64,000 nt of DNA. It comes from an uncultured Bacilli bacterium. Lineage in GTDB: Bacteria > Bacillota_I > Bacilli_A > RF39 > UBA660. Shown in pieces: positions 23,885 through 32,686 of the stretch. The notes under the pieces are model-generated. The model ran no database searches. It was not told the DNA's origin and saw nothing but the letters and a program-made list of their open reading frames with translations. The first letter of the stretch is position 1. Every line of letters begins with the position of its first letter. Made by a program: the position numbers and the translations under genes. The stretch lies in NCBI GenBank assembly GCA_947632455.1, contig CANRPK010000001.1, positions 18,228-82,227 on the forward strand, in the 5' to 3' direction.

Positions 23885-24918
23885 TTATCTAAGAAGATTA
23901 ACATCCATATTTTCTTTAGCTTTTAACATAGTATCTATCAAATTTAAAATAAGATTAATACTATAATTATTATTACTAAAGTTCTCTTTAAATTCCTTAC
24001 AATCTATAATTTCTTGAAGATCACTTTTTAACCGAGCAATCGTTGGAATATCCATAAACATTAAAGTTCCTTTAATTAAACATTGATAATTATTTACTTG
24101 ATTAATATAATATTGTTCACTATAAAATTCATCGCATATACCTAAAATAGTTAAAGAATATTCAAAAGCTATTTTATAACAATAATTATTACATAGACTA
24201 GAATAATCTTCACTTGATAAAATACCACATTGTTCTAATAATCGATAATTATTAGAAATATTATGAGCAAAATGAAATTTATTTTTAATAGCTACATCTT
24301 CCATATCCGGTAAAATAAATAATAGATTATAAAAAGTTGCAACTACCTCATCATGAATATTTTTAAGTTGTTTCTCATTAGATAATGTCTCTAATAACCC
24401 TAAGAATATATAATAAATATCTAAATTTATTGCTTTAATATATTCAATAATATGATTTTGTAATACTTCTTTAGAAACTTGTGGTTTAACAGTTAAGTTT
24501 TTTATTACTTCTTCTATTTCATCAGCTAATGCTTCATTTTTAATTTCACACTATCACTTGCATATTGTAAAATATTAAATATTATTCGCCGATAACTTCT
24601 TTTTTCAAAATTACCAGCTAAAACCAAATCTACATCATTAGAATCTTCCATATTATTTAATTCATTTATATATGTAATATAATTATTAACTTGTTCTTTA
24701 GTTATCTTTGCTTTCGTATATTTATCTTTTTCTAAAGCTATAACTACTTCTAAATAATAAAGTAATTTTTGAAATTCTAAAGTATCTGTTTTATTTTCAC
24801 TAGCTAATTTTTGCATTTTAGTATATAAGTCATCTATTAATCTAGTTACTTTTACAAAACCTTCAATAGTATTTAAATCTTCTTCACTTAAATAAATATA
24901 TTCGCCATAGTCCGCCAT
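23885..24918 (-). pseudogene. probable single gene (about 340 aa, unknown function) split by two frameshifts at short poly-T tracts into 24526..24918, an unlisted middle reading frame, and 23885..24304
   Basis: My translation shows all three frame segments reading continuously as protein, and they join across T5/T6 runs at about 24536-24540 and 24495-24500. The upstream part has a strong GAGGTGAGG ribosome-binding site. The downstream part has no RBS, and its frame stays open for about 60 codons upstream of its ATG with no alternative start. Confidence 0.4.
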
Positions 24919-24986
24919 AACCTCACCTCAAAAAACTAAACTTATTATATACCATTCTTAAGATTTCAACAATAAAAAAAGAAAGA

Positions 24987-25328
24987 TTAATTTCTTTCTT
25001 TAACACGATATTCTTTACGCATATCTTTAATGAAGTTAAGTTTAGCTCTACGTACAATTCCTTTTTTAATAACCACAATCTTATCAATAGTTGGGGCATT
25101 AACTGGGAAAATACGAGTAACTCCTACTCCACTGGATTTTTTACGAACTGAGAAAGTTTCAGATACTCCAGAACCTTTTTTAGCTACAACTAAGCCTTCA
25201 AAAGCTTGAATTCTTTCTTTCTTTCCTTCTTTAACCCATACATCAACACGAACTGTGTCTCCTACACGAAACTCAGGTATGTCTTTTCTGATATGACGTT
25301 CATTAATCTTATCAACTAAATTAGCCAT
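24987..25328 (-). CDS. rplS: 50S ribosomal protein L19
   Basis: 113 aa; highly conserved L19 sequence. Confidence 0.95.
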   Translation of the reverse strand: MANLVDKINERHIRKDIPEFRVGDTVRVDVWVKEGKKERIQAFEGLVVAKKGSGVSETFSVRKKSSGVGVTRIFPVNAPTIDKIVVIKKGIVRRAKLNFIKDMRKEYRVKERN

Positions 25329-25438
25329 TATCTACATCCTCTCTATATTTATATTAACCAACAATCATTTAACAATTAAAGCGGATTGTTTTCTTGGGTC
25401 TTAAGTATTATAACATAATACCATTTAAAAAACAAGTA

Positions 25439-25906
25439 TTATGAAACTTCCTTTAAAAGAACTTCATAGGAACCATTAGGGCTTTCCACTGATACTTTTT
25501 CACCAGCTTTATGACCAATTACGGCTTTTCCTATTGGAGATTCATTAGAAATCTTATTATTAAATGGATCTGCTTCTAAAGAACCAACTAGCTTATATTC
25601 TTCTTCATCTCCAGGTTCATATTCTACAACGATTGTTGAACCAACATTAGCAATATGCTTATCTTTATTATCAATTATTTCTGAATGTTCAAGCTTATAT
25701 TCAAGTTCTTTAATTCTGCTCTCTAATTGAGCTTGTTCATTACGAGCCGCATCATAATCGGCATTTTCAGATAAGTCCCCTAAGCTACGTGCATATTTAA
25801 GTGCATTTATAACTTCTGGTCTTTTATTTAATTTTAAATCATTTAATTCCGCCTCAAGTTCTAAATAGCCTTCAGGCGTCAAAACTACTTTATTTTCTTT
25901 TTTCAT
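25439..25906 (-). CDS. greA: transcription elongation factor GreA
   Basis: 155 aa; coiled-coil N-terminus with the acidic tip (GDLSENADYDAA); FKBP-like C-terminal domain. Confidence 0.9.
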   Translation of the reverse strand: MKKENKVVLTPEGYLELEAELNDLKLNKRPEVINALKYARSLGDLSENADYDAARNEQAQLESRIKELEYKLEHSEIIDNKDKHIANVGSTIVVEYEPGDEEEYKLVGSLEADPFNNKISNESPIGKAVIGHKAGEKVSVESPNGSYEVLLKEVS

Positions 25907-25947
25907 ATTTTTCCACCTCGAATAAATATTTAATCTATAAAAGAATA

Positions 25948-27135
25948 CTACAAATAAGTATTTTTGTCAAATACTTTTAAACGCATCATAGCCCCCTCAG
26001 GTAATGCTTCATCTATCTCTAAATATACTTGCATTCTTGGATGTCTAGCCACCTCAATTTCTTCCATATCTTCATTGTATATTTTATTTATTTTAAAGCT
26101 TAATGGTGCCATATTTGGTCCAAAAAATTCTACTTCATCACCAACTTTAAAATAATTACGTTCTTCAATTAAAACTTTGTTTTTTTCTTGTTTTAAAACT
26201 ATTCCTAAAAAATCTTGATTTGATATCTCTTCTCTACCTAAAAAATATTGTTCTTTATAAGTAGGTAATCCCGTATAAAATTGTGCAGTACTTTCACGAT
26301 TAGCACAACGATTAATGATATCATTAGAATATAATATGTCACTTTCTTTTAATGTAGAACTAAGCATTTTATCAATTAATTTCCGATATTCATAAATTAC
26401 TGTAGCAATATAATATACTGATCGCATTCTACCTTCAACTTTAAAAGAGTTAATTCCAATATTAACCATATCTTCAATATATCTTGCCATATTTAAATCT
26501 TTAGGTGTCATACTAAAAATTTCATCTTCATCATTAATTTTAAATGTCCAACGACATATTTGTGCGCATCCTCCACGATTAGAATCTCGATTAGTTGTAA
26601 CATTTGATAATACACATTTACCACTAAAACTAGTACACATTGCTCCTTGAATAAATGCTTCTAAATCAAGACCTGTTTTTTCTTTAATAACTTTAATATC
26701 TTCCCTGCTAGCTTCTCTAGCTAAAACTATTCTTTTTACTCCTAATTTTTTATAAAATAACGCGGCTTCATAATTAAGAGTACTAGCCTGCGTAGATAAA
26801 TGTATTTCTAAATTAATCTTATTTTTTCTAATTGCGTTTATTACTGCAATATCACTTACTATTACAGCATCTACCCCTATATTAGCTAATTCTTTTAAGT
26901 AATTAACTAGTCCTGGTATTTCTTTATTATGTAACACAATATTTACCGTTACATATAATTTCTTATTTAAATTATGAGCAAACATTACTGCTTCTTTTAA
27001 TTCTTCACTACTAAAATTTATAGCATTTGCTCTTAAACTATAATTATATCCTCCGATATATACAGCATCCGCTCCATATAAATAAGCAATCTTTAATCTT
27101 TCTAAATTTCCCGCTGGAGCAAGTAATTCAATCAT
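25948..27135 (-). CDS. peptidase U32 family protein (YrrO/TrhP-type, tRNA ho5U-associated)
   Basis: 395 aa; U32 signature EAFIQGAMCTSFSGKCVLS; it sits in a yrrM-yrrN-yrrO-like cluster. Confidence 0.8.
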   Translation of the reverse strand: MIELLAPAGNLERLKIAYLYGADAVYIGGYNYSLRANAINFSSEELKEAVMFAHNLNKKLYVTVNIVLHNKEIPGLVNYLKELANIGVDAVIVSDIAVINAIRKNKINLEIHLSTQASTLNYEAALFYKKLGVKRIVLAREASREDIKVIKEKTGLDLEAFIQGAMCTSFSGKCVLSNVTTNRDSNRGGCAQICRWTFKINDEDEIFSMTPKDLNMARYIEDMVNIGINSFKVEGRMRSVYYIATVIYEYRKLIDKMLSSTLKESDILYSNDIINRCANRESTAQFYTGLPTYKEQYFLGREEISNQDFLGIVLKQEKNKVLIEERNYFKVGDEVEFFGPNMAPLSFKINKIYNEDMEEIEVARHPRMQVYLEIDEALPEGAMMRLKVFDKNTYL

Positions 27136-27935
27136 TTTTCTTCCTCCTTTATTTTAACAATCGTTGGTTTTTCACTTAAATATTTATATGGATATAAATC
27201 TTCTAAATCTAATGGATTATTCAAAATATTTAATACTTCCTCATCTGTTAAAAAAACTGTATTAATTAAATTATATAACACATTATCTTTTTTTCTTAAA
27301 TTTAAAGCATTAAATGGTTTAGATGTATAAATAACCGTACCATAAGGATCTTCAATTATCTTAAATTTATGACTAGTAATAGTATCTTCTAATGAAGCTA
27401 AATTAGCCACTTTTTTCTTATAATAATCATTATAATTAGTTATTAAAGTCCTTCTTGAATACATTATATTAACATATCCAAAAGTATATAAAACTACTGG
27501 TTTAATAGCTTTTTTTAATATTTCGTCAATCTCTTCAAAAGTAATATCAGTACTTACTACTACACTATCTACAAATTCTAAATAAGCATTAATGCTTTCG
27601 TAATTGCAATTTAAATGATTTAAATATAATATTTTTACTAAATTATTAGGTGTATTCATTAAAACATTTAATACCCCTAAATCATCAAAAACAATTCCTT
27701 TTATGTTTTTAGGTAATTTATCTAAAAGTTTTTTAAACTCTAAAATTGCTTGATTATCCATTATTCTATTTACAAAAATAAAAGCATTTTCTTTAATTTC
27801 TTCAATATCAAAAGTTTTTGGAAATCCCACTGAAAATCCTTTAATTGGAAAAAGGAAAGTAATATTACTTTCTTCTTTTAATTTTTGAATTAAATCTTCA
27901 CTTTGAACTAATAAAATAATTTTATTTTTTTTCAT
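27132..27935 (-). CDS. U32-family peptidase-like partner protein (YrrN-like)
   Basis: 267 aa; overlaps the downstream U32 gene by 4 bp; position matches yrrN in Bacillus. Sequence similarity was judged by eye only. Confidence 0.5.
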   Translation of the reverse strand: MKKNKIILLVQSEDLIQKLKEESNITFLFPIKGFSVGFPKTFDIEEIKENAFIFVNRIMDNQAILEFKKLLDKLPKNIKGIVFDDLGVLNVLMNTPNNLVKILYLNHLNCNYESINAYLEFVDSVVVSTDITFEEIDEILKKAIKPVVLYTFGYVNIMYSRRTLITNYNDYYKKKVANLASLEDTITSHKFKIIEDPYGTVIYTSKPFNALNLRKKDNVLYNLINTVFLTDEEVLNILNNPLDLEDLYPYKYLSEKPTIVKIKEEEK

Positions 27936-28518
27936 CTTTTTTTACACTCACAGATAAGCCATCGCCAACATCATAAAAATTAGTATCAAATTCTTTATTT
28001 TCTTTTAAAAATTCAATATATTCTTCTATTTTACTTACTAGACTTCTTAAATTTTTAGATTCTATTTCATCAGCTTTTCCTGTATAACCATGAAATTTTA
28101 AATTATCAGTAATAATTACGCCATTAGGCTTTAAAAAATATTTAAATTTCTCAAAAAATTTCGTATTTTGTGCTTTAGCCGCATCTATAAAGATCATATC
28201 ATAGCTAACATTGCTTAAATTAACTTCTAAAGCATCTTGAAATACTACATTTATTTTTTGCTCAAAATTACATTTTTTTACATTTTTTAAGCATTCCATA
28301 TATCGTACTTCATCTCGCTCTATAGTTGTTACAGTAACATCCGGAGCAACACTTGCCATTAAAATTGTTGAATATCCAATCGCACTTCCAATTTCTAAAA
28401 TATTTTTTATATTATGAGCTTTTATAAACTTCATAATAAAGGCAATGGAATCCTTCTCAATAATTGGAACATTATGCTCCGCGGCATAACTTTCCATTTC
28501 TAATATTAATTGTTTCAT
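27922..28518 (-). CDS. SAM-dependent O-methyltransferase, class I family 3 (YrrM/TrmR-like)
   Basis: 198 aa; methyltransferase motif I ILEIGSAIGYST; acidic motif II; cluster context. Confidence 0.8.
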   Translation of the reverse strand: MKQLILEMESYAAEHNVPIIEKDSIAFIMKFIKAHNIKNILEIGSAIGYSTILMASVAPDVTVTTIERDEVRYMECLKNVKKCNFEQKINVVFQDALEVNLSNVSYDMIFIDAAKAQNTKFFEKFKYFLKPNGVIITDNLKFHGYTGKADEIESKNLRSLVSKIEEYIEFLKENKEFDTNFYDVGDGLSVSVKKDEKK

Positions 28519-28532
28519 TAAAAATCACTTTC

Positions 28533-29603
28533 CTATTTATATTCATACCATAACCCATTAGCTTTTAATTCACTAACTTTTGCTTCATGTTCCGCATTAG
28601 TCTTGGTAAAATATGTTTTTTTATTTTTATCAGCAACAAAGAATAAATAATCATGTTTACTAGGTTTTATTGTAGCTAAAATAGAATCTACACTAGCGCT
28701 ACATATTGGCCCAACTGGTAATTTTCCTCTATTGCAATTTCCTCTTGTATTATAACCATTATTACAATTATATAAATCACTATTTGTTAAATCACTAGAG
28801 AAATCTTTTTTAACTGCATAATAAGTTGTAACATCGCTTCCTAATGATTCGCCAATCTTTAAACGATTATAGAAAACCCCCGCAACTCCAGCTCTATCAT
28901 TTGAAGCTGCCCCTTCTAATTCTACAATGCTTGCCATTGTAAGTATTTCATGAACACTATAATTAGAATTTTCAATTTCATCTCTATAATTATTCAAAAC
29001 ATTTTCCATGCCTGAAAGCATTTTCTCTATTATATCTTTTACTCCACTATCTTTATACACCTCATAAGTACTAGCAAATAAATATCCCTCTAAAGGATAA
29101 TATATATCATCATTTAATATATCATCTGTTAAAAACCAATATTTATCGATAAGTAGATCTAAATATTCTGGATCATTCATAATATCCATAACATCTTCTG
29201 TGCTTGTATTAGTAAGAGTTGCTATTTTTGCCGCATAATCAACTAATCTCTTTCCTTCAATAAAGGTAATATTATAAATATTTTGATTGCCAGCAATATC
29301 TCCTTTGTTGATTTTATCTAATATTTTTTTTATTCCCATGTTATAACTAAGCTCATATTTTCCAGCTTGTAAATTCATATCTCTATTTAATAATACATAA
29401 ATATATCCCGAAAACTTACTTCGTATTAATCCTCTAACTTTTAAATCATTAATAATATCTATTTTATTCGTATTTTCTTTTAAAATATATTCCACACTCT
29501 CAGTAGATTTTGAAACTGGACCCAAGCCATAAAAATATAATCCCACAGCTAAGATGCATATTACCACTAAACTAATTACTATTCCCAAAACTACTTTTTT
29601 CAT
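28533..29603 (-). CDS. mltG: endolytic murein transglycosylase MltG (YceG-like)
   Basis: 356 aa; N-terminal TM; YceG domain organisation; it follows yrzB and ruvX as in Bacillus. Confidence 0.85.
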   Translation of the reverse strand: MKKVVLGIVISLVVICILAVGLYFYGLGPVSKSTESVEYILKENTNKIDIINDLKVRGLIRSKFSGYIYVLLNRDMNLQAGKYELSYNMGIKKILDKINKGDIAGNQNIYNITFIEGKRLVDYAAKIATLTNTSTEDVMDIMNDPEYLDLLIDKYWFLTDDILNDDIYYPLEGYLFASTYEVYKDSGVKDIIEKMLSGMENVLNNYRDEIENSNYSVHEILTMASIVELEGAASNDRAGVAGVFYNRLKIGESLGSDVTTYYAVKKDFSSDLTNSDLYNCNNGYNTRGNCNRGKLPVGPICSASVDSILATIKPSKHDYLFFVADKNKKTYFTKTNAEHEAKVSELKANGLWYEYK

Positions 29604-29610
29604 TGTAACC

Positions 29611-29886
29611 TCATTCTGCTATTTTATCTTCAATTTGTGATAATAAATTTTCAATTAGTACCCATTCCTTTTCTGTTTTAATATCATTTAATTCTAATTT
29701 ATTACCATCCTTTTCATAAGTTGCTGCATAAGTAATAATATTACCATCACTATCTTTATTATTATCAGTAAAAACTATATAACTCTTATTAGTTTCATCT
29801 GAATCAAAAGTAAATAATATATCATATTCTACTACATTCCCTAAATTATCAGTAATTGTAAAAGAACGTTCTTTTTCATTCTGCAT
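29611..29886 (-). CDS. DUF1292/YrzB-family small protein
   Basis: 91 aa; acidic; conserved position between ruvX and mltG. Confidence 0.7.
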   Translation of the reverse strand: MQNEKERSFTITDNLGNVVEYDILFTFDSDETNKSYIVFTDNNKDSDGNIITYAATYEKDGNKLELNDIKTEKEWVLIENLLSQIEDKIAE

Positions 29887-30364
29887 TTGTATTTTCCTCC
29901 CTTTTTATAAAAGTCTCTAAAATTATCTGAGCTGCCATACCATCAATAACCTTTTTTCTTTTTTGTCTACTTAAATCAGCATCTAATAATATATTTTCTG
30001 CCTCAAGTGTACTTAATCTCTCATCTATCAAAAAAATAGGAATATTCACTTTAGTTTCCAATAATTTCTTAAATTCTAAACTTCTTGAACTAGCAAATCC
30101 CTCTGAATTATTCATATTTTTAGGAAGGCCCAAAACTATTTTCTCTATTTCATAAGAATTTATTATTTTAAGAAGTTTTTCTAAAGCTTCATTATAATCG
30201 TTGCTTTTAAATCTAATAACTTCAAGTACATGACAAATCGTTTTTGTTTTATCAGTAATTGCTACACCCAAAGTCTTAGTACCTAAATCAAGACCTAAAT
30301 AACGCATAAAAATTCCTCTCCTAAGTACAGACAATATTTTAACAAATTTTTCTATAAAATACAA
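29876..30364 (-). CDS. ruvX: Holliday-junction-resolvase-like putative pre-16S rRNA nuclease RuvX (YqgF)
   Basis: MRYLGLDLGTKTLGVAI signature; the true start is probably the internal ATG at about 30307 (MRYLGLD...). Confidence 0.85.
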   Translation of the reverse strand: MYFIEKFVKILSVLRRGIFMRYLGLDLGTKTLGVAITDKTKTICHVLEVIRFKSNDYNEALEKLLKIINSYEIEKIVLGLPKNMNNSEGFASSRSLEFKKLLETKVNIPIFLIDERLSTLEAENILLDADLSRQKRKKVIDGMAAQIILETFIKREENTNAE

Positions 30365-30388
30365 GCTTTCTCACTTTTTAAGTCAAAA

Positions 30389-30408
30389 AAAATAATCTTA
30401 TAGATTAT
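30389..30408 (-). terminator. intrinsic terminator after the small Cys-rich ORF
   Basis: AATAATCT-ATA-AGATTATT hairpin followed by a U7 run on the minus strand. Confidence 0.4.
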
Positions 30409-30650
30409 TTATAAAATTTTGAGCAATTACCTCTCCAAGTTACAATCGTCGCATTATTATCTAATTTATAATTATAACATATTGTATTATCTTCATTACA
30501 AGTTGCTACTTCTTCTACACAATGTCCCTTTAATTCATTATAATTTCTAATTGGTAAAATAAAGCAAAATATTAGTATTTCAATAAATGCTAAAGAACCT
30601 ATTACAAATAAAAATTTTTTTAAACTTATTTCTCTATCCATACATTTCAC
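30405..30650 (-). CDS. small secreted/membrane Cys-rich protein
   Basis: 81-aa ORF (GTG); the likelier start is the ATG at about 30641 with an AGGTGA ribosome-binding site. N-terminal hydrophobic helix, then a 45-aa tail with four Cys. Confidence 0.45.
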   Translation of the reverse strand: MKCMDREISLKKFLFVIGSLAFIEILIFCFILPIRNYNELKGHCVEEVATCNEDNTICYNYKLDNNATIVTWRGNCSKFYK

Positions 30651-30767
30651 CTACAATAATGGAGTTATAAACTTAGCTAAAACTATATAAAGCAAAAATA
30701 AAAATGCAAATCCTAAAAATAAAGCTTCATACAATTTTATAGTTTTCCCTTTCTTTTTATCTTTCAT
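30651..30767 (-). CDS. 38-aa hydrophobic peptide (not in the ORF track)
   Basis: ATG at 30767 preceded by GAGGT; translates as MKDKKKGKTIKLYEALFLGFAFLFLLYIVLAKFITPLL; its stop abuts the start of the next small ORF. Confidence 0.3.
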   Translation of the reverse strand: MKDKKKGKTIKLYEALFLGFAFLFLLYIVLAKFITPLL

Positions 30768-30849
30768 ATCATTACCTCATATTAATTATAACACACTTTA
30801 ATATATAAAAAAAGGCATATTGTTTAATTAATAAATTATTATATATCCT

Positions 30850-31279
30850 CTAATATTTTTTTAATTTATCTATATCTGTAAAAAAGATTTTAATTCCTCT
30901 ATTATGAAGTTTCATTAAATTTTTAAAATTTTTAAGTATTATTTTTTCTAATTTTAATGGAACTCTTGCTGGTTTTCCATCTATTTGTATGTACATGATC
31001 AATGTATTTTTCTAAAGTTGGGAAAGCATTCTATAATAATATAGCACAATCTTCACTGAAAATTTTTTCAATAATTATTGTATTGCAAAAACCATATTTA
31101 TCTGTCTTTTTGTCCACTATAGAGCTAATAGGAATAAACCATAATATATTTCCTTCTTTAACTGTAAAATACGGAGGCCTCTTCTTGCCTCTTTCATGAT
31201 TTTGCATTAAATTTTCATCATTAACGACATCAAAATATTCATCTTTGATATGATATAAATATCCAGTTTTTATTTCCAT
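30850..31279 (-). pseudogene. degenerate ToxN/AbiQ-like (type III toxin) gene remnant
   Basis: The 82-aa ORF 31031..31279 resembles the N-terminal half of ToxN/AbiQ endoribonucleases (Y..I.DEY...V......RPPY.......I...IPISS). The frame then hits TAG, and the downstream frames are full of stops. Confidence 0.3.
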
Positions 31280-31428
31280 TGTCTATAAACTCCATCTAAA
31301 GTAAAAGAAAACTCCATCTTTGATGAAAATTTCTCTATTTTCAACCAAAATCATTTATTATTCGTACTATCAAGAAGCAAAAAAATTTTCACTCTTTCTC
31401 AAGGCACAATTAAATATAATTTACTAGC

Positions 31429-31500
31429 AATTATTTGAATTAATATAGAACACCTTTACGGACTATTTGTTCTCTTTTTCACATATAGCAGCTTGTGCCA
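31429..31500. repeat. left direct repeat: about 72-bp displaced copy of the ppdK 3' end (attL-like)
   Basis: 66 of 72 matches to 35491..35562. On the minus strand it encodes ...AQAAICEKENK* versus the authentic ...AQAAIREKENK*; all but one difference are at wobble positions. Confidence 0.8.
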
Positions 31501-31620
31501 CAATTTTATTCGGGATGAATAAGATTAAATTTATATAAATTTACTAATGACTAATGTCTCCAATACTATTTAATTATACCACTTTCAGTTCAAAATTAAA
31601 ACCTAGTTATTAAAACTAGG

Positions 31621-31665
31621 CTCCGAATGACCTAGAGCTTCAAAAGTTTTCTAGGCACCACTCAT
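31621..31665. repeat. 45-bp hairpin-containing repeat, copy 1 (second copy at 32580..32620)
   Basis: ATGACCTAGrGCTTCAAAAGTTTyCTAGGCACyACTC is present in direct orientation on both sides of the Abi_2 gene; it contains a CCTAGrG...CTAGG inverted repeat. Confidence 0.6.
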
Positions 31666-31691
31666 TAATATTATATTACTAAATTTAAAAA

Positions 31692-32561
31692 TTATACATT
31701 AGGATAACCCATAATTCTTAAAATATTTTTTACACTTATTGAATTTAATTTTTTATCTAATTTTTTAATTTCTTTTTCTATTGATATAATTAAACTATTA
31801 TATTGTCTTTTATCTAAAATAACTTGCATTGATTTTATCATCATATATAAATTTGTAAGATTATCTTTAGATTTATAATTAACATCTATTTCTTTAAATT
31901 TTAAAGTATATTTATCTCTATAGCAAAATAAACGGTCATTATGAGCACAAATATTTCTAACATTCGTTAAACACCTTAATATTTGTTTTAATAAAACATC
32001 AGATATTTTAAATTTTTTAGCAATAATTTGCCTATCACTCTGTTTAAGTAATCCATAATAACTACTTATAATTCCGAAAGTTAAAATTTTGGTTAAAACA
32101 AATGGTGGAACAAATCCATAAGTATTCTTATAATGTGTAATAGCTAGATGAACACCATAATTTTTATTAATTTCTTTATTTATTTTGTTAATTAACTTTT
32201 TTCTGACTTTTATACCAGTATTTCCATCTAAATTATTAACATCAAGGTAATAATCAATATCATAAACACTGGCAAGATGATTAGCTAATAAAGATTTAAT
32301 AATTGTTTCTATTTCCAAAGAATATTTTAAAATTATTAACTTAATATTTTTGTCAAATTCGTATAAAGCAAATATTTCCTCAAAAGTAACATTAGGCAAA
32401 TAATTATTATTAGAGTCCTTAAAATTATATTTGTAACTATTAACGATGGAATAATAAGAATATTTTTCTAACCTTTTTAAAGCAAGTTTTCTTTTATTAA
32501 TAGTAACACTCTTTGATTCTAAATAATTTAGTAGTTCTTCATTAGTTTTATATTGCTTCAT
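31692..32561 (-). CDS. Abi_2 family (AbiD/AbiF-like, HEPN-type) abortive-infection protein
   Basis: 289 aa; C-terminal motif VRNICAHNDRLF (RNxxxHxxR), typical of Abi_2/HEPN. Confidence 0.8.
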   Translation of the reverse strand: MKQYKTNEELLNYLESKSVTINKRKLALKRLEKYSYYSIVNSYKYNFKDSNNNYLPNVTFEEIFALYEFDKNIKLIILKYSLEIETIIKSLLANHLASVYDIDYYLDVNNLDGNTGIKVRKKLINKINKEINKNYGVHLAITHYKNTYGFVPPFVLTKILTFGIISSYYGLLKQSDRQIIAKKFKISDVLLKQILRCLTNVRNICAHNDRLFCYRDKYTLKFKEIDVNYKSKDNLTNLYMMIKSMQVILDKRQYNSLIISIEKEIKKLDKKLNSISVKNILRIMGYPNV

Positions 32562-32579
32562 TTAACCTCCTGAAATAAA

Positions 32580-32620
32580 AATGACCTAGGGCTTCAAAAG
32601 TTTCCTAGGCACTACTCGAT
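32580..32620. repeat. 45-bp hairpin-containing repeat, copy 2
   Basis: See copy 1; this copy lies immediately upstream of the Abi_2 start codon. Confidence 0.6.
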
Positions 32621-32686
32621 TTATAATATACCATACTTATATAAATTAAGTCAATACAAAATTATGCTAAATATGAAAATTTATTT

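Noticed and set aside
31002-31199. The 65-aa plus-strand ORF at 31002..31199
   Set aside because: It is antisense to the ToxN-like remnant, and the similarity evidence supports the minus-strand frame.
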